DNA of 64,000 bases, taken from positions 722 through 64,721 of the forward strand of contig LAEA01000219.1 of NCBI GenBank assembly GCA_000961745.1, written 5' to 3'. Made by a program: the position numbers and the translations under genes. The notes under the pieces are model-generated. The model did no database searches. It saw only the letters and a list, made by a program, of their open reading frames with translations, and was not told where the DNA came from. Of this stretch, positions 46,898 to 56,132 are shown one piece after another. The stretch comes from Rhodospirillaceae bacterium BRH_c57 (GTDB lineage Bacteria > Pseudomonadota > Alphaproteobacteria > Rhodospirillales > Rhodospirillaceae). Position 1 is the first letter of the stretch; the number at the start of each line of letters is the position of its first letter.

Positions 46898-48139
46898 TCA
46901 CACCGGCTCCACCAGTTCCGTCCGCACCCTGATTTCGCTGTGCAATGTCCGGTGCACCGGGCATTTGTCGGCGATTTCCAGGAGTTTGGCGCGGGTGGCG
47001 GCGTCGAGGTCGCCGATCAGTTCCACCTGGCGTTCGATGACGTCCACCTTGCCGTTGGTCGTTTCGCAGTCGGCGCAGTCGGTGGCGTGGGCCTTGCTGT
47101 GTTTCAGGCGCACGGCCACGCGGTCCAGCGGCAGGCCCTTGCGATCGGCGTACATGCGGATGGTCATGGACGTGCACGCCCCCAGCCCGGCCAGCAGCAG
47201 GTCATACGGCCCCGGCCCGGTGTCGGTGCCGCCGACCGAAACGGGTTCATCGGCGCGCAGGCGGTGGCGGCCGACCACCACGCTTTGGGCAAAAGACCCC
47301 AGGCCGTTCTCGGCCACCAGCACCACGCCGTCTTCCAAAGGCCGGTCGGCCAGATCCGGGCGCGGCTCGGCCCCGGCGCCCAGGTAGCGGCGGGACCATG
47401 CGGCGATCACGTCGGCCACATAGGTGGCGTCCTCGCGCCGGGTCAGCAGGTGGTCGGCGTCATCCAGCGATACAAAGCTCTTGGGGTGCTTGGCCGCCTG
47501 ATAGATGTGCTGGGCATTGTCGATACTGACCTGGCGGTCGAGCGGCGCGTGAAACAGCAGCAAAGCCTTGCGCATGTGGGCGATGCCGTCGAGAAGGCGG
47601 TGTTCGTCGATGTCGTCCAGAAAGCCCCGGTTGATCGTGAACGGCCGCCCGCCGATGCACACCTCGGCCTCGCCGGCGGCCTCGATGGCTGGCACCGACT
47701 CGCGGAACAACTCGATGACATGCGACGGCCCGGCCGGGGCATTGATCGACACCACCGCGCGGGCCGAGGCGATGCGCGGCGCGGCGGCCAGCACAGCGGC
47801 GCCGCCCAGGCTGTGGCCGATGAGCAGCGCCGGACCAGCACGGTTCTCGGCCAGCCACGCGGCGGCGGCTTCGAGGTCGGCGACATTGGAGGAGAAGTTG
47901 GTGTTGGCGAACTCGCCCTCGCTGGCCCCCAGGCCGGTGAAGTCGAAGCGCAGCACGGCGATGCCACGTTCCGCCAGCCCGGTCGAGATGCGCGACGCCG
48001 CGAACACGTCCTTGGAACAGGTGAAGCAGTGGGCGAACAGGGCATAGGCCACCGGCTCGTCCTCGGGCAGATCCAGGCGGGCGGCCAGGGTGTGGCCGTG
48101 GGCGCCGGGGAATTCCACCTTCTCGCTACGTCCGCTCAT
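46898..48139 (-). CDS. Bifunctional alpha/beta hydrolase-OsmC family protein
   Basis: ALFAHCFTCSKD and GHSLGG; OsmC half PYDLLLAGLGACTSMT..IADKCPVHRTL. Confidence 0.92.
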   Translation of the reverse strand: MSGRSEKVEFPGAHGHTLAARLDLPEDEPVAYALFAHCFTCSKDVFAASRISTGLAERGIAVLRFDFTGLGASEGEFANTNFSSNVADLEAAAAWLAENRAGPALLIGHSLGGAAVLAAAPRIASARAVVSINAPAGPSHVIELFRESVPAIEAAGEAEVCIGGRPFTINRGFLDDIDEHRLLDGIAHMRKALLLFHAPLDRQVSIDNAQHIYQAAKHPKSFVSLDDADHLLTRREDATYVADVIAAWSRRYLGAGAEPRPDLADRPLEDGVVLVAENGLGSFAQSVVVGRHRLRADEPVSVGGTDTGPGPYDLLLAGLGACTSMTIRMYADRKGLPLDRVAVRLKHSKAHATDCADCETTNGKVDVIERQVELIGDLDAATRAKLLEIADKCPVHRTLHSEIRVRTELVEPV

Positions 48140-48216
48140 GCGTTTCTCCTGGGGCTTGTATGGTGGGCCGCTCAAGGCTAACCCTTTACGGGCGGCAGAA
48201 AAACAGGAGACGCTCC

Positions 48217-48837
48217 ATGACTGACGATCAGCGCACCCCCCGGACCGTGGATATCGTGGAGCGCGAGCGGGTCTACAACGGGTACTTCAAAATCGACCGT
48301 TTCCGCCTGCGCCACGAACTGTTCCAGGGCGGCATGGGCAAGGACGTCATCCGCGAGGTGGCCGAGCGGGGGCATGCCGTCGCCGTGATGCTTTATGACC
48401 CCGACCGCGACGCCTGCGTGATGATCGAGCAGTTCCGCCCCGGTGCGTATGCGGCGGGCTGGGATGCCTGGCTGCTGGAGGTCGTCGCCGGCATCATCGA
48501 GGACGGCGAATCGGCCGAGGACGTCGCCCGCCGCGAATGCGTCGAGGAAGCCGGGGTGACGGTGGACGACTTGATCGCCGGCCCCGCCTATCTCGCCAGT
48601 CCCGGTGTCCTGACCGAGAGCATCAGCCTCTATGTCGGGCGCGTCGATTCGACCCGCTGCGGTGGGGTCCACGGCCTGGGCGAGGAGGGCGAGGACATTC
48701 GCGTGATGGTCCTGACGGTCGAGGAGTTGCGCCGGATGCTCGACGAACACCGCCTGACCAATGCAACCACGCTGATTTCGGTCCAATGGCTGCTGCTGAA
48801 CCGTGATCGCCTACGCAAGCAGTGGGGTATCGCTTGA
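48217..48837 (+). CDS. nudF: ADP-ribose pyrophosphatase (NUDIX)
   Basis: ERGHAVAV, IEQFRPG, Nudix box AGIIEDGESAEDVARRECVEEAG and EGEDIRV. Confidence 0.88.
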   Translation: MTDDQRTPRTVDIVERERVYNGYFKIDRFRLRHELFQGGMGKDVIREVAERGHAVAVMLYDPDRDACVMIEQFRPGAYAAGWDAWLLEVVAGIIEDGESAEDVARRECVEEAGVTVDDLIAGPAYLASPGVLTESISLYVGRVDSTRCGGVHGLGEEGEDIRVMVLTVEELRRMLDEHRLTNATTLISVQWLLLNRDRLRKQWGIA

Positions 48838-48897
48838 AGTTACACTCCAGGCGACCTACTCTTTGTGCATTCAACTGAGTTAGAGGACTTTCTTCCC

Positions 48898-49881
48898 ATG
48901 GATATCCGCGACGGCTTCATCGGCACCATCGGCAACACTCCCCTCATCCGCCTGAAGTGGGCGTCCGAGCAGGCCGGTTGCACCATCCTGGGCAAGGCGG
49001 AGTTCCTCAATCCCGGCGGGTCGGTCAAGGATCGCGCCGCCTTGGCCATCATCGAGGACGCCGAGGAAAAGGGCCTGCTCAAGCCGGGCGGTACCATCGT
49101 CGAGGGCACCGCCGGAAACACCGGCATCGGCTTGGCCCTGGTCGGCAACGCGCGCGGTTACAAGACCGTGATCGTGATGCCGGAAACCCAGAGCCAGGAA
49201 AAGAAGGACATGCTGCGCCTGTGCGGCGCCGACCTGCGGCTGGTCCCGGCGGTGCCCTACAAAGACCCCATGAACTATGTGCGGTATTCGGGGCGGCTGG
49301 CCGAGGAACTGGGCGGTTTCTGGGCCAACCAGTTCGACAACACCGCCAACCGCGCCGGCCATTACCGCACCACCGGGCCGGAAATCTGGGACCAGACCGA
49401 GGGCACGGTAACCGGCTTCACTTGCGCGGTGGGCACCGGCGGAACCCTGTGGGGGGTCAGTCAGGCCCTGAAGGAGCGCAACAAGAATATCGTCTGCGCA
49501 CTGGCCGACCCCTATGGCTCGGCGCTGTTCGACTGGGTCAAGCACGGCGAACTGAAGTCCGAGGGCGGTTCGATCACCGAGGGAATCGGCCAGGGCCGCG
49601 TGACCGGCAACCTCGAAGACCTGCTGGTGGACGACGCCCTGCGCATCTCCGACTCCGAGGCGCTGGACGTTGTGTTCAACCTGCTCATCAAGGACGGCCT
49701 GGTGCTGGGCGGGTCGTCGGGCATCAACGTGGCGGCCGCCATTCATCTGGGCCGCACGCTCGGCCCCGATGCCGTGGTGGCGACAATCCTGTGCGACAGT
49801 GGAACCCGATACCAGAGCAAGTTGTTCAATCCGGACTTCCTGCGCTCCAAGGGGCTTCCGATCCCGCCCTGGATGGCGTAG
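48898..49881 (+). CDS. cysK: Cysteine synthase A
   Basis: IGNTPLIRL, KAEFLNPGGSVKDR, EGTAGNTG and GTGGT motifs. Confidence 0.92.
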   Translation: MDIRDGFIGTIGNTPLIRLKWASEQAGCTILGKAEFLNPGGSVKDRAALAIIEDAEEKGLLKPGGTIVEGTAGNTGIGLALVGNARGYKTVIVMPETQSQEKKDMLRLCGADLRLVPAVPYKDPMNYVRYSGRLAEELGGFWANQFDNTANRAGHYRTTGPEIWDQTEGTVTGFTCAVGTGGTLWGVSQALKERNKNIVCALADPYGSALFDWVKHGELKSEGGSITEGIGQGRVTGNLEDLLVDDALRISDSEALDVVFNLLIKDGLVLGGSSGINVAAAIHLGRTLGPDAVVATILCDSGTRYQSKLFNPDFLRSKGLPIPPWMA

Positions 49882-49936
49882 GGATCAAGGTAAGCCCGAT
49901 CAACGGGCTACCGGAGTCCACGGAGAGGAAACACCC

Positions 49937-50830
49937 ATGTCCGACGTCCCCGCCCTGGTCAGCACCGCATGGCTGGCCGAGCGCCTGAGCGCGCCCGACA
50001 TCCGAATCGTCGATGCCAGCCACTACGTCCCGACAGTCCAGCGCGACGCCCGCGAGGAATACGAGGAATGCCACATTCCCGGCGCCGTGTTCTTTGACAT
50101 CGACGAGATCAAGGACACCAAGAGCCCCTACCCCCACATGATGCCGCCGCCCGAGGTGTTTTCCTCCAAGGTGCGCCGGCTGGGCCTGGGCGACGGCAAT
50201 CACATCGTGGTCTATGACGGCAACGGCGGGGCCAGCGCCGCCGCCCGCGTGTGGTGGATGTTCCGGGTGTTCGGTAACTCCAACGTCTCGGTACTGGACG
50301 GCGGCATGCCCAAGTGGCTGCGCGAGGGCCGCCCGACCGACGACATGCCGCCCATCCCGCGCGAGCGCCACTTCACCCCCCGCATCGACACCACCCTGAT
50401 CCGCACCGCCGAGGACGTCCTGAAGGAAGTCGAAACCGGCCGCGCCCAGGTGGCCGACGCCCGCTCCGCCGGCCGCTACCGGGGCGACGACCCCGAACCG
50501 CGCGCGGTATCCCGCCAGGGCCACATCCCCGGCAGCGTCAGCCTGCCGTTCCTCGACCTCATGGACCCGCGCGAGCTGACCATGAAGGACCCGGCCGAGA
50601 TCAAGGCCTGCTTCGCCGCCGCCGGCATCGACCTGTCCAAACCCCTGACCGCCACCTGCGGTTCAGGCGTCACCGCCTGCGTCATCGCCCTGGCCGCCGA
50701 ACTGATCGGCAAGTCCGATGTCGCGATCTATGACGGGTCCTGGGCCGAATGGGCCGAACGGCCGGAGTTCCCCATCGAAAGCGGCCACCCGCCGACGCCC
50801 CTGGACCACCACGCGGCGACGACGGAGTAA
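49937..50830 (+). CDS. sseA: 3-mercaptopyruvate sulfurtransferase (two-domain rhodanese)
   Basis: LVSTAWL, HIPGAVFFD, RVWWMF, CGSGVTAC active site and YDGSWAEW. Confidence 0.93.
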   Translation: MSDVPALVSTAWLAERLSAPDIRIVDASHYVPTVQRDAREEYEECHIPGAVFFDIDEIKDTKSPYPHMMPPPEVFSSKVRRLGLGDGNHIVVYDGNGGASAAARVWWMFRVFGNSNVSVLDGGMPKWLREGRPTDDMPPIPRERHFTPRIDTTLIRTAEDVLKEVETGRAQVADARSAGRYRGDDPEPRAVSRQGHIPGSVSLPFLDLMDPRELTMKDPAEIKACFAAAGIDLSKPLTATCGSGVTACVIALAAELIGKSDVAIYDGSWAEWAERPEFPIESGHPPTPLDHHAATTE

Positions 50831-50837
50831 GTTTTGG

Positions 50838-50964
50838 TCCGCTGACGCGGACGGGCTGCCGCCCACGCCCGCTTGGGGCAAGCCCCAAACCCCATTGTTT
50901 TTCTTCAAGAAAACAAAAATGGGTTCGGGGGCCTGCCCCCAAGCGGGTGTGGACGGCAGCCCAC
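50838..50964 (+). repeat. Class-II palindromic element, copy 4
   Basis: Same blocks, with compensatory variant TTGGGGC-AA-GCCCCAA. Confidence 0.9.
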
Positions 50965-50972
50965 CATTGCCC

Positions 50973-53900
50973 CTACTCCGCCGCCATCGCCATGGGCGGT
51001 TCGTCCAGCCGAGGCATCAACTCGGCCCAGCGGCGTTCGGCGTCCTCCACGGCGCGGTCCTTGATGGCGCCGTAGCCCCGGATGGTGGCGGGTACGGCGG
51101 CGATCTCGATGCCGACCGGCAGGGTGTGGGGCGACAGCTTGGCGAGCACGGTTTCCATGCGCTCGCGGTATTCGGTGATCAAGCGGCGTTCCATGCGACG
51201 TTCGGCAGTCCGGCCGAAGGGGTCGAGGGCGGTTCCGCGCAGGCCCTTGAGGCGGGCCAGCCCCTTCATGGCGGTGAGGATCCACGGCCCGAACTGGCGC
51301 TTCTTGTCGCCCAGCAGCGGCGGAGCGAGGTGCAGGGTAACCCGCGTGTCGCCCTGGAACGTCCGCTTGAGGTCGGCGGCGAAGGTGCCATCGGTGTACA
51401 GCCGGGCGACCTCGTATTCATCCTTGTAGGCCATCAGCTTGTAGAGGTTACGGGCCACGGCCTCGGTCAGGGCGCGTTTGCCGGACACGCGGGCCTCGGT
51501 CTGCTCGACCTGCGCCACAAATGCGGCGTAGGTTTCCGCATAAGAGGCGTTCTGATAGGCTGTCAGGTCGGCCGTCCGCCGGGCGATGATCTCCGGCAGG
51601 GTGCGGGCCGGCGGCAAGGACTGCCCGCCCTGCGCGTCCACCACCCGGTCCACGAAGGCCGGATCATGGGCGGCCAGCCGGCCCCACGCCAGGGTCCGCT
51701 TGTTGGCGACCACGGCGACGCCGTTCAGTTCCACGGCGCGCTCCAGGGCCTCCAGGCTGACCGGGACCAGCCCCTTCTGCCACGCATAACCAAGCATGAA
51801 CAGGTTCGCGGCGATGGAGTCACCGAGCAACGCCGTCGCCAGCCGGTTGGCGTCAACGAAGTGCGTGCGGTCCTCGCCCACCGCATTCCGCAGGGCCTTC
51901 TTGAGGCTTTCAGCCTGAAGGCTGGCGTCGGGGCTGCGCACGAAGGCGGCGGTGGGGATTTCGGTGGTGTTGGCGACCACGGTGGAATGACCGGCGCGCA
52001 GGGTGCCAAGCGCCTCAGGACTGGCCCCGACCACCATGTCGCAGGCCAGCAGAACCTCGGCCTGACCGACGTCGATGCGGACCTGGTTCAGGGCCTCGGG
52101 CGAGGCGCCGATGCGGACGTGACTGAGCACCGCCCCGCCCTTTTGCGCAAAGCCCATGAAGTCCAGCACGCTAGCGCCCTTGCCTTCCAGGTGGGCGGCC
52201 ATGCACAGCAGGGCGCCCACGGTGACGACACCGGTTCCGCCGACCCCGGTGACCAGGATTTCGAACGGCTCGCCCAGACTGGGCGCGGCCGGCAGCGGCA
52301 GGGCGGCCAGACGGGCGGCCAGATCAACCTCGTCGGTCTGCGCGGCGTCGGGCTTGCGCGGGGCGCCGCCGTGGACGGTCACAAAGCTCGGGCAGAAGCC
52401 GTTCAGGCAGGAATAGTCCTTGTTGCAGGAGTTCTGGTCGATCTGGCGTTTGCGGCCGAACTCGGTTTCGAGCGGGACGACGGACAGGCAGTTGGACTTG
52501 ACGCCGCAGTCACCGCAACCTTCGCAGACCGCCTCGTTTATCATCACCCGCTTGGGCGGATCGACCATCAGGCCGCGCTTGCGCTTGCGCCGCTTCTCGG
52601 CCGCACATTCCTGGTCGTAGACCAGCACCGTGACGCCCTCGACGCCCGACAGGTCGCGCTGCACGGCGTCCAAGTCGTCCCGGCCATGGATGGTCACGCC
52701 GGGTGCGAAATCGGTGCCGCGTGGGTACTTGTTGGGCGCGTCGGTGACCACGGCGATGCGTTTGACGCCCTCGGCATGAACCTGGCGGGTGATCTCGGGC
52801 ACGCTGAGCGGCCCGTCGTGGGGCTGGCCGCCGGTCATGGCGACGGCGTCGTTGAACAGGATCTTGTAGGTGATGTTGACCTTTGCGGCGACAGCCTGCC
52901 GCAGGGCCATCAGCCCGGAGTGGTAATAGGTGCCGTCGCCCAGGTTCTGGAAGACATGCTTGCGGGTGGAGAACGGCGCCTGTCCGACCCAGTTCACACC
53001 CTCGCCGCCCATCTGGATCAGGCCCTCGGTCTGGCGGTCCATCCAACTTGCCATGAAGTGGCAACCGATGCCCGCAAATGCCTTGGATCCCTCAGGAATT
53101 CGAGTTGACGTGTTGTGTGGGCAGCCTGAGCAAAAGTAAGGCACACGCGTCACATCCGGCGGAACGTCGTGGCCCTGCTGGCAGGTTGGGAAAGCTGCGC
53201 TCATCCGTCGCGAAAGCTGAGCGCGAAGATCGGGGAAGGCCACCCCCAACCGCTCGACCAAGGCCGGGGCGATGCGTGAGGGACGCAGTTCACCGACCGT
53301 CGGCAGCAGCGATTTGCCGATAATCCTGGGCGCCCTGGCCTGCCCGTAGAGCAACGTCTTGAGTTGGTCCTCGATGACCGGGCGCTTTTCCTCGATGACC
53401 AGGATTTCCTCCAGCCCGGCGGCAAAGCGGCGCAGGCCAGTGGCCTCCAGCGGCCACGACAGCCCGACCTTGAGGAGGCGCACCCCCCGCCCGACCAGTT
53501 CCGCGTGACTGAGGTCCAGCCGGTCGAACACCTCCAGGGCGTCCATATGCGCCTTGCCGGTGGTGACGATGCCCAGGCGGGCGTTCGGTGCGTCGATCAC
53601 CAGCCGGTCCAGCGGATTGGCGCGTGCAAAGGCCTGCACGGCCTCCAGCTTGGCGGCCAGACGCTCCTCCAAGGCAAGGCTCGGCAGGTCCGGCCAGCGG
53701 TAGTGCAGGCCGCCCGGCGGCGGGGTGAAGTCGGTCGGCGTCGTGAACGTCAGGCGGTGCGGATCGACGTTGATCGACGCGGCGCTCTCCACCGTTTCAG
53801 AAATCGCCTTAAAGCCGACCCAGGTACCGGAAAACCGCGACAACGCCCAGCCGTACAGGCCGAAATCCAGGTAGTCCTGAAGGTTGGCCGGATTGAGCAC

Positions 53901-54413
53901 CGGCATGGACCACGCCATGAATGCCTGTTCGGACTGGTGCGGCATGGACGACGACACCACGCCGTGGTCGTCGCCGGCCACCACCAGCACCCCACCGTGT
54001 GGGCTGGAGCCATAGGCGTTGCCGTGCTTCAGGGCATCGCCGGAGCGGTCAACGCCCGGACCCTTGCCGTACCACAGCGCGAACACGCCGGTGACCGAGC
54101 CTTCGCCGCTGCCCTCGACCTGCTGCGAGCCGAGAACCGCCGTGGCGGCCAGATCCTCGTTGATAGCCGGTTGGAACCGGACGTTGGCGGCGTCCAGATG
54201 CTTGGCCGCCTGCCACAGCGCCTGATCGTAGCCGCCCAAAGGGCTGCCCCGGTAACCCGAGATGAACCCGGCGGTATCCAATCCCGCCGCACGATCGCGT
54301 GCCGCCTGCATCAGTGGCAGGCGGACCAGCGCCTGTGTGCCGGTCAGGTAGACCCGCCCAGCCTCCCGCGCATAACGGTCGTCCAGCCGATATTCGGCAT
54401 CAAAGGCAGCCAT
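50973..54413 (-). CDS. Fused indolepyruvate ferredoxin oxidoreductase family protein
   Basis: SGYRGSPLGG, WYGKGPGVDR, PYFCSGCPHN, GDGTYYHSG, CEGCGDC, GVGGTGV and MAYKDEYEVARL motifs. Confidence 0.95.
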   Translation of the reverse strand: MAAFDAEYRLDDRYAREAGRVYLTGTQALVRLPLMQAARDRAAGLDTAGFISGYRGSPLGGYDQALWQAAKHLDAANVRFQPAINEDLAATAVLGSQQVEGSGEGSVTGVFALWYGKGPGVDRSGDALKHGNAYGSSPHGGVLVVAGDDHGVVSSSMPHQSEQAFMAWSMPVLNPANLQDYLDFGLYGWALSRFSGTWVGFKAISETVESAASINVDPHRLTFTTPTDFTPPPGGLHYRWPDLPSLALEERLAAKLEAVQAFARANPLDRLVIDAPNARLGIVTTGKAHMDALEVFDRLDLSHAELVGRGVRLLKVGLSWPLEATGLRRFAAGLEEILVIEEKRPVIEDQLKTLLYGQARAPRIIGKSLLPTVGELRPSRIAPALVERLGVAFPDLRAQLSRRMSAAFPTCQQGHDVPPDVTRVPYFCSGCPHNTSTRIPEGSKAFAGIGCHFMASWMDRQTEGLIQMGGEGVNWVGQAPFSTRKHVFQNLGDGTYYHSGLMALRQAVAAKVNITYKILFNDAVAMTGGQPHDGPLSVPEITRQVHAEGVKRIAVVTDAPNKYPRGTDFAPGVTIHGRDDLDAVQRDLSGVEGVTVLVYDQECAAEKRRKRKRGLMVDPPKRVMINEAVCEGCGDCGVKSNCLSVVPLETEFGRKRQIDQNSCNKDYSCLNGFCPSFVTVHGGAPRKPDAAQTDEVDLAARLAALPLPAAPSLGEPFEILVTGVGGTGVVTVGALLCMAAHLEGKGASVLDFMGFAQKGGAVLSHVRIGASPEALNQVRIDVGQAEVLLACDMVVGASPEALGTLRAGHSTVVANTTEIPTAAFVRSPDASLQAESLKKALRNAVGEDRTHFVDANRLATALLGDSIAANLFMLGYAWQKGLVPVSLEALERAVELNGVAVVANKRTLAWGRLAAHDPAFVDRVVDAQGGQSLPPARTLPEIIARRTADLTAYQNASYAETYAAFVAQVEQTEARVSGKRALTEAVARNLYKLMAYKDEYEVARLYTDGTFAADLKRTFQGDTRVTLHLAPPLLGDKKRQFGPWILTAMKGLARLKGLRGTALDPFGRTAERRMERRLITEYRERMETVLAKLSPHTLPVGIEIAAVPATIRGYGAIKDRAVEDAERRWAELMPRLDEPPMAMAAE

Positions 54414-54584
54414 GAAAACCTCCCGACAGTCGGTTGCCACACCAGTAGGGTGGGGCTTATCCGAGTGCGATTTGTTCTCATTTTACCAATGCACGGCGGA
54501 AATAGGCTTTCCCTCTCACCCCGTTCCGGGGGTAAATTGGAAAGGTTCTTGCCCGCAACAGCCCCAATCTGGAAAGGCCTTGCC

Positions 54585-55073
54585 ATGCGCGTCCAACTTG
54601 ATGGGTCCGAGCGCCGCATCCTGACCGAACTTCAAGGCAACGCCCGGCTGACCAATCAGGAATTGGCCGAGCGCATTGCACTGTCTCCCTCGCCATGCTG
54701 GCGCAGGGTGCGGAGCCTGGAGGAGCGCGGCGTCATCCGGGGCTACGTGACGCTGCTGGACCCGCGCAAGGTTGGCATCGGCGAAAGCGTGTTCTGCAAC
54801 GTCACGCTGGAACGCCACACCGAAGGCGCGGTCGAACGGTTCGAGATGGAGGTCATGCGCCACCCCGAAATCCTGGAGTGTTACGCCATGACCGGCGACG
54901 CCGACTATCTGTTGCGCGTGGTGGTGGACGAAGTGCGGTCCTACGACCGTTTCCTACAGGAATTCATCTTCCGCCTGCCGGGCGTCGCCAACGTGCGCAG
55001 CCACTTCGCGCTGCGTGCTGTGAAATATGACACCGCCCTGCCGCTGGGCCAGTTCGACGAGCAGGACCCCTAA
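54585..55073 (+). CDS. Lrp/AsnC family regulator, divergent from the IOR gene
   Basis: ILTELQGNARLTNQELAERIALSPSPCWRRVRSLE and ECYAMTGDADYLL motifs. Confidence 0.93.
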   Translation: MRVQLDGSERRILTELQGNARLTNQELAERIALSPSPCWRRVRSLEERGVIRGYVTLLDPRKVGIGESVFCNVTLERHTEGAVERFEMEVMRHPEILECYAMTGDADYLLRVVVDEVRSYDRFLQEFIFRLPGVANVRSHFALRAVKYDTALPLGQFDEQDP

Positions 55074-55079
55074 GGGGCG

Positions 55080-55178
55080 TCACCCCCATTTGGGCATGCT
55101 GCTCATGGTGATGCCGGCGAGTAAGGCAATGAGGGCCAAGCCAGCCATGATGGCCATGGCAATCTTGTCGCGGTTCAC
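55080..55178 (-). CDS. Putative 32-aa single-pass membrane protein
   Basis: GTG start with AAAGGA upstream; MNRDK-IAMAIMAGLALIALLAGITM-SSMPKWG. Confidence 0.5.
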   Translation of the reverse strand: MNRDKIAMAIMAGLALIALLAGITMSSMPKWG

Positions 55179-55502
55179 GGACGTCGTCCTTTTCAACTTG
55201 AGCCAGTCTCGCAGACAGTCTAGGCAGCCCGTTGCCATTAGGAAAGAAAATCCCTCCGGCTTCCGATTCGCGGCCGACCGGATAAAATCGGGCACAAAAT
55301 CCGCCTTCCGTCACTTCCACTGTCGAATGAATTGCAGCGCGCCAGGGCGCACAAATCCTGCATTTTATGCACTCATGCGCTGGATGCAGGGCGCCCCGCG
55401 AAAATCACCATTGCACCCTGCCCCGCTCCTGCCAAAATCCGCCGCCAGTGTGGACGGAGATCGCGTGTCGCCTCTCCTTGGGTTTTCGGGACCAAACAAA
55501 CC

Positions 55503-55961
55503 ATGATCATTGCATACCGTGGCCTTGCTCTGGGCGCTCTTGTCCTGGGTGCTTTCCTTGCCGCGACACCGTCGTCCCCTGCCTTTGCGGCCGACGCCCC
55601 CTACGCCAACGAAAAGGCCAAGGCCGAGCGCGCTGCGGCGACCGCTCCGGCGGCCCGTCCAGCCCCCGCCTCCAGCCCAAAGCCGACTCCCGCAGCCGTG
55701 CCGGGCGTCCCCGCCCCCAAGGCCTTGCAGCCCGACATCGCCGGCGAGTGCGCCTGGACCGGCAAGCGCGTGATCGGCCTGCTCGCCCGCGACGACGTGG
55801 ACACCGCCAAGCGGTTCCTTGAGTTCTACACCCTGTTCAACTGCCGTCAGGCGCACCTCGCTCCCGTGATGCGCTGCATGATCCTGGAAACCACCAACGC
55901 TCCCCCCGAAGAAGCCGAAGCGGCGCGCGTTGATCGCTGCTGGTCCGCCAGCAGTCTGTAA
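55503..55961 (+). CDS. Periplasmic beta-(1,3),(1,6)-glucan biosynthesis protein (NdvD-like)
   Basis: Signal peptide, Pro/Ala linker, ECAWTGKRVIGLLARDDVDTAKRFLEFYTLFNC...RC pattern recalled from Bradyrhizobium glucan-synthesis proteins; directly upstream of GH17-GT2. Confidence 0.65.
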   Translation: MIIAYRGLALGALVLGAFLAATPSSPAFAADAPYANEKAKAERAAATAPAARPAPASSPKPTPAAVPGVPAPKALQPDIAGECAWTGKRVIGLLARDDVDTAKRFLEFYTLFNCRQAHLAPVMRCMILETTNAPPEEAEAARVDRCWSASSL

Positions 55962-56132
55962 GACGCCGCACGCGCCTGACCGCAGCCCCGCCAGGACTCC
56001 ATCCGGCGACGTAGGGCTACGCGAAAAGGGCGATTGCGCGCCGCAAAATAACCACTCTTGCGGCGCCCTTCTGCCGCATCCGTAACTTATGCTCTAACGC
56101 AGTTGCGTCGGCATTCAGGGGTTCAGTGCATT

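Noticed and set aside
48217-50830. cysK-sseA as a dedicated sulfur supply for the nif Fe-S genes
   Set aside because: This adjacency is common in alphaproteobacteria and no sigma54 or NifA site was seen upstream.
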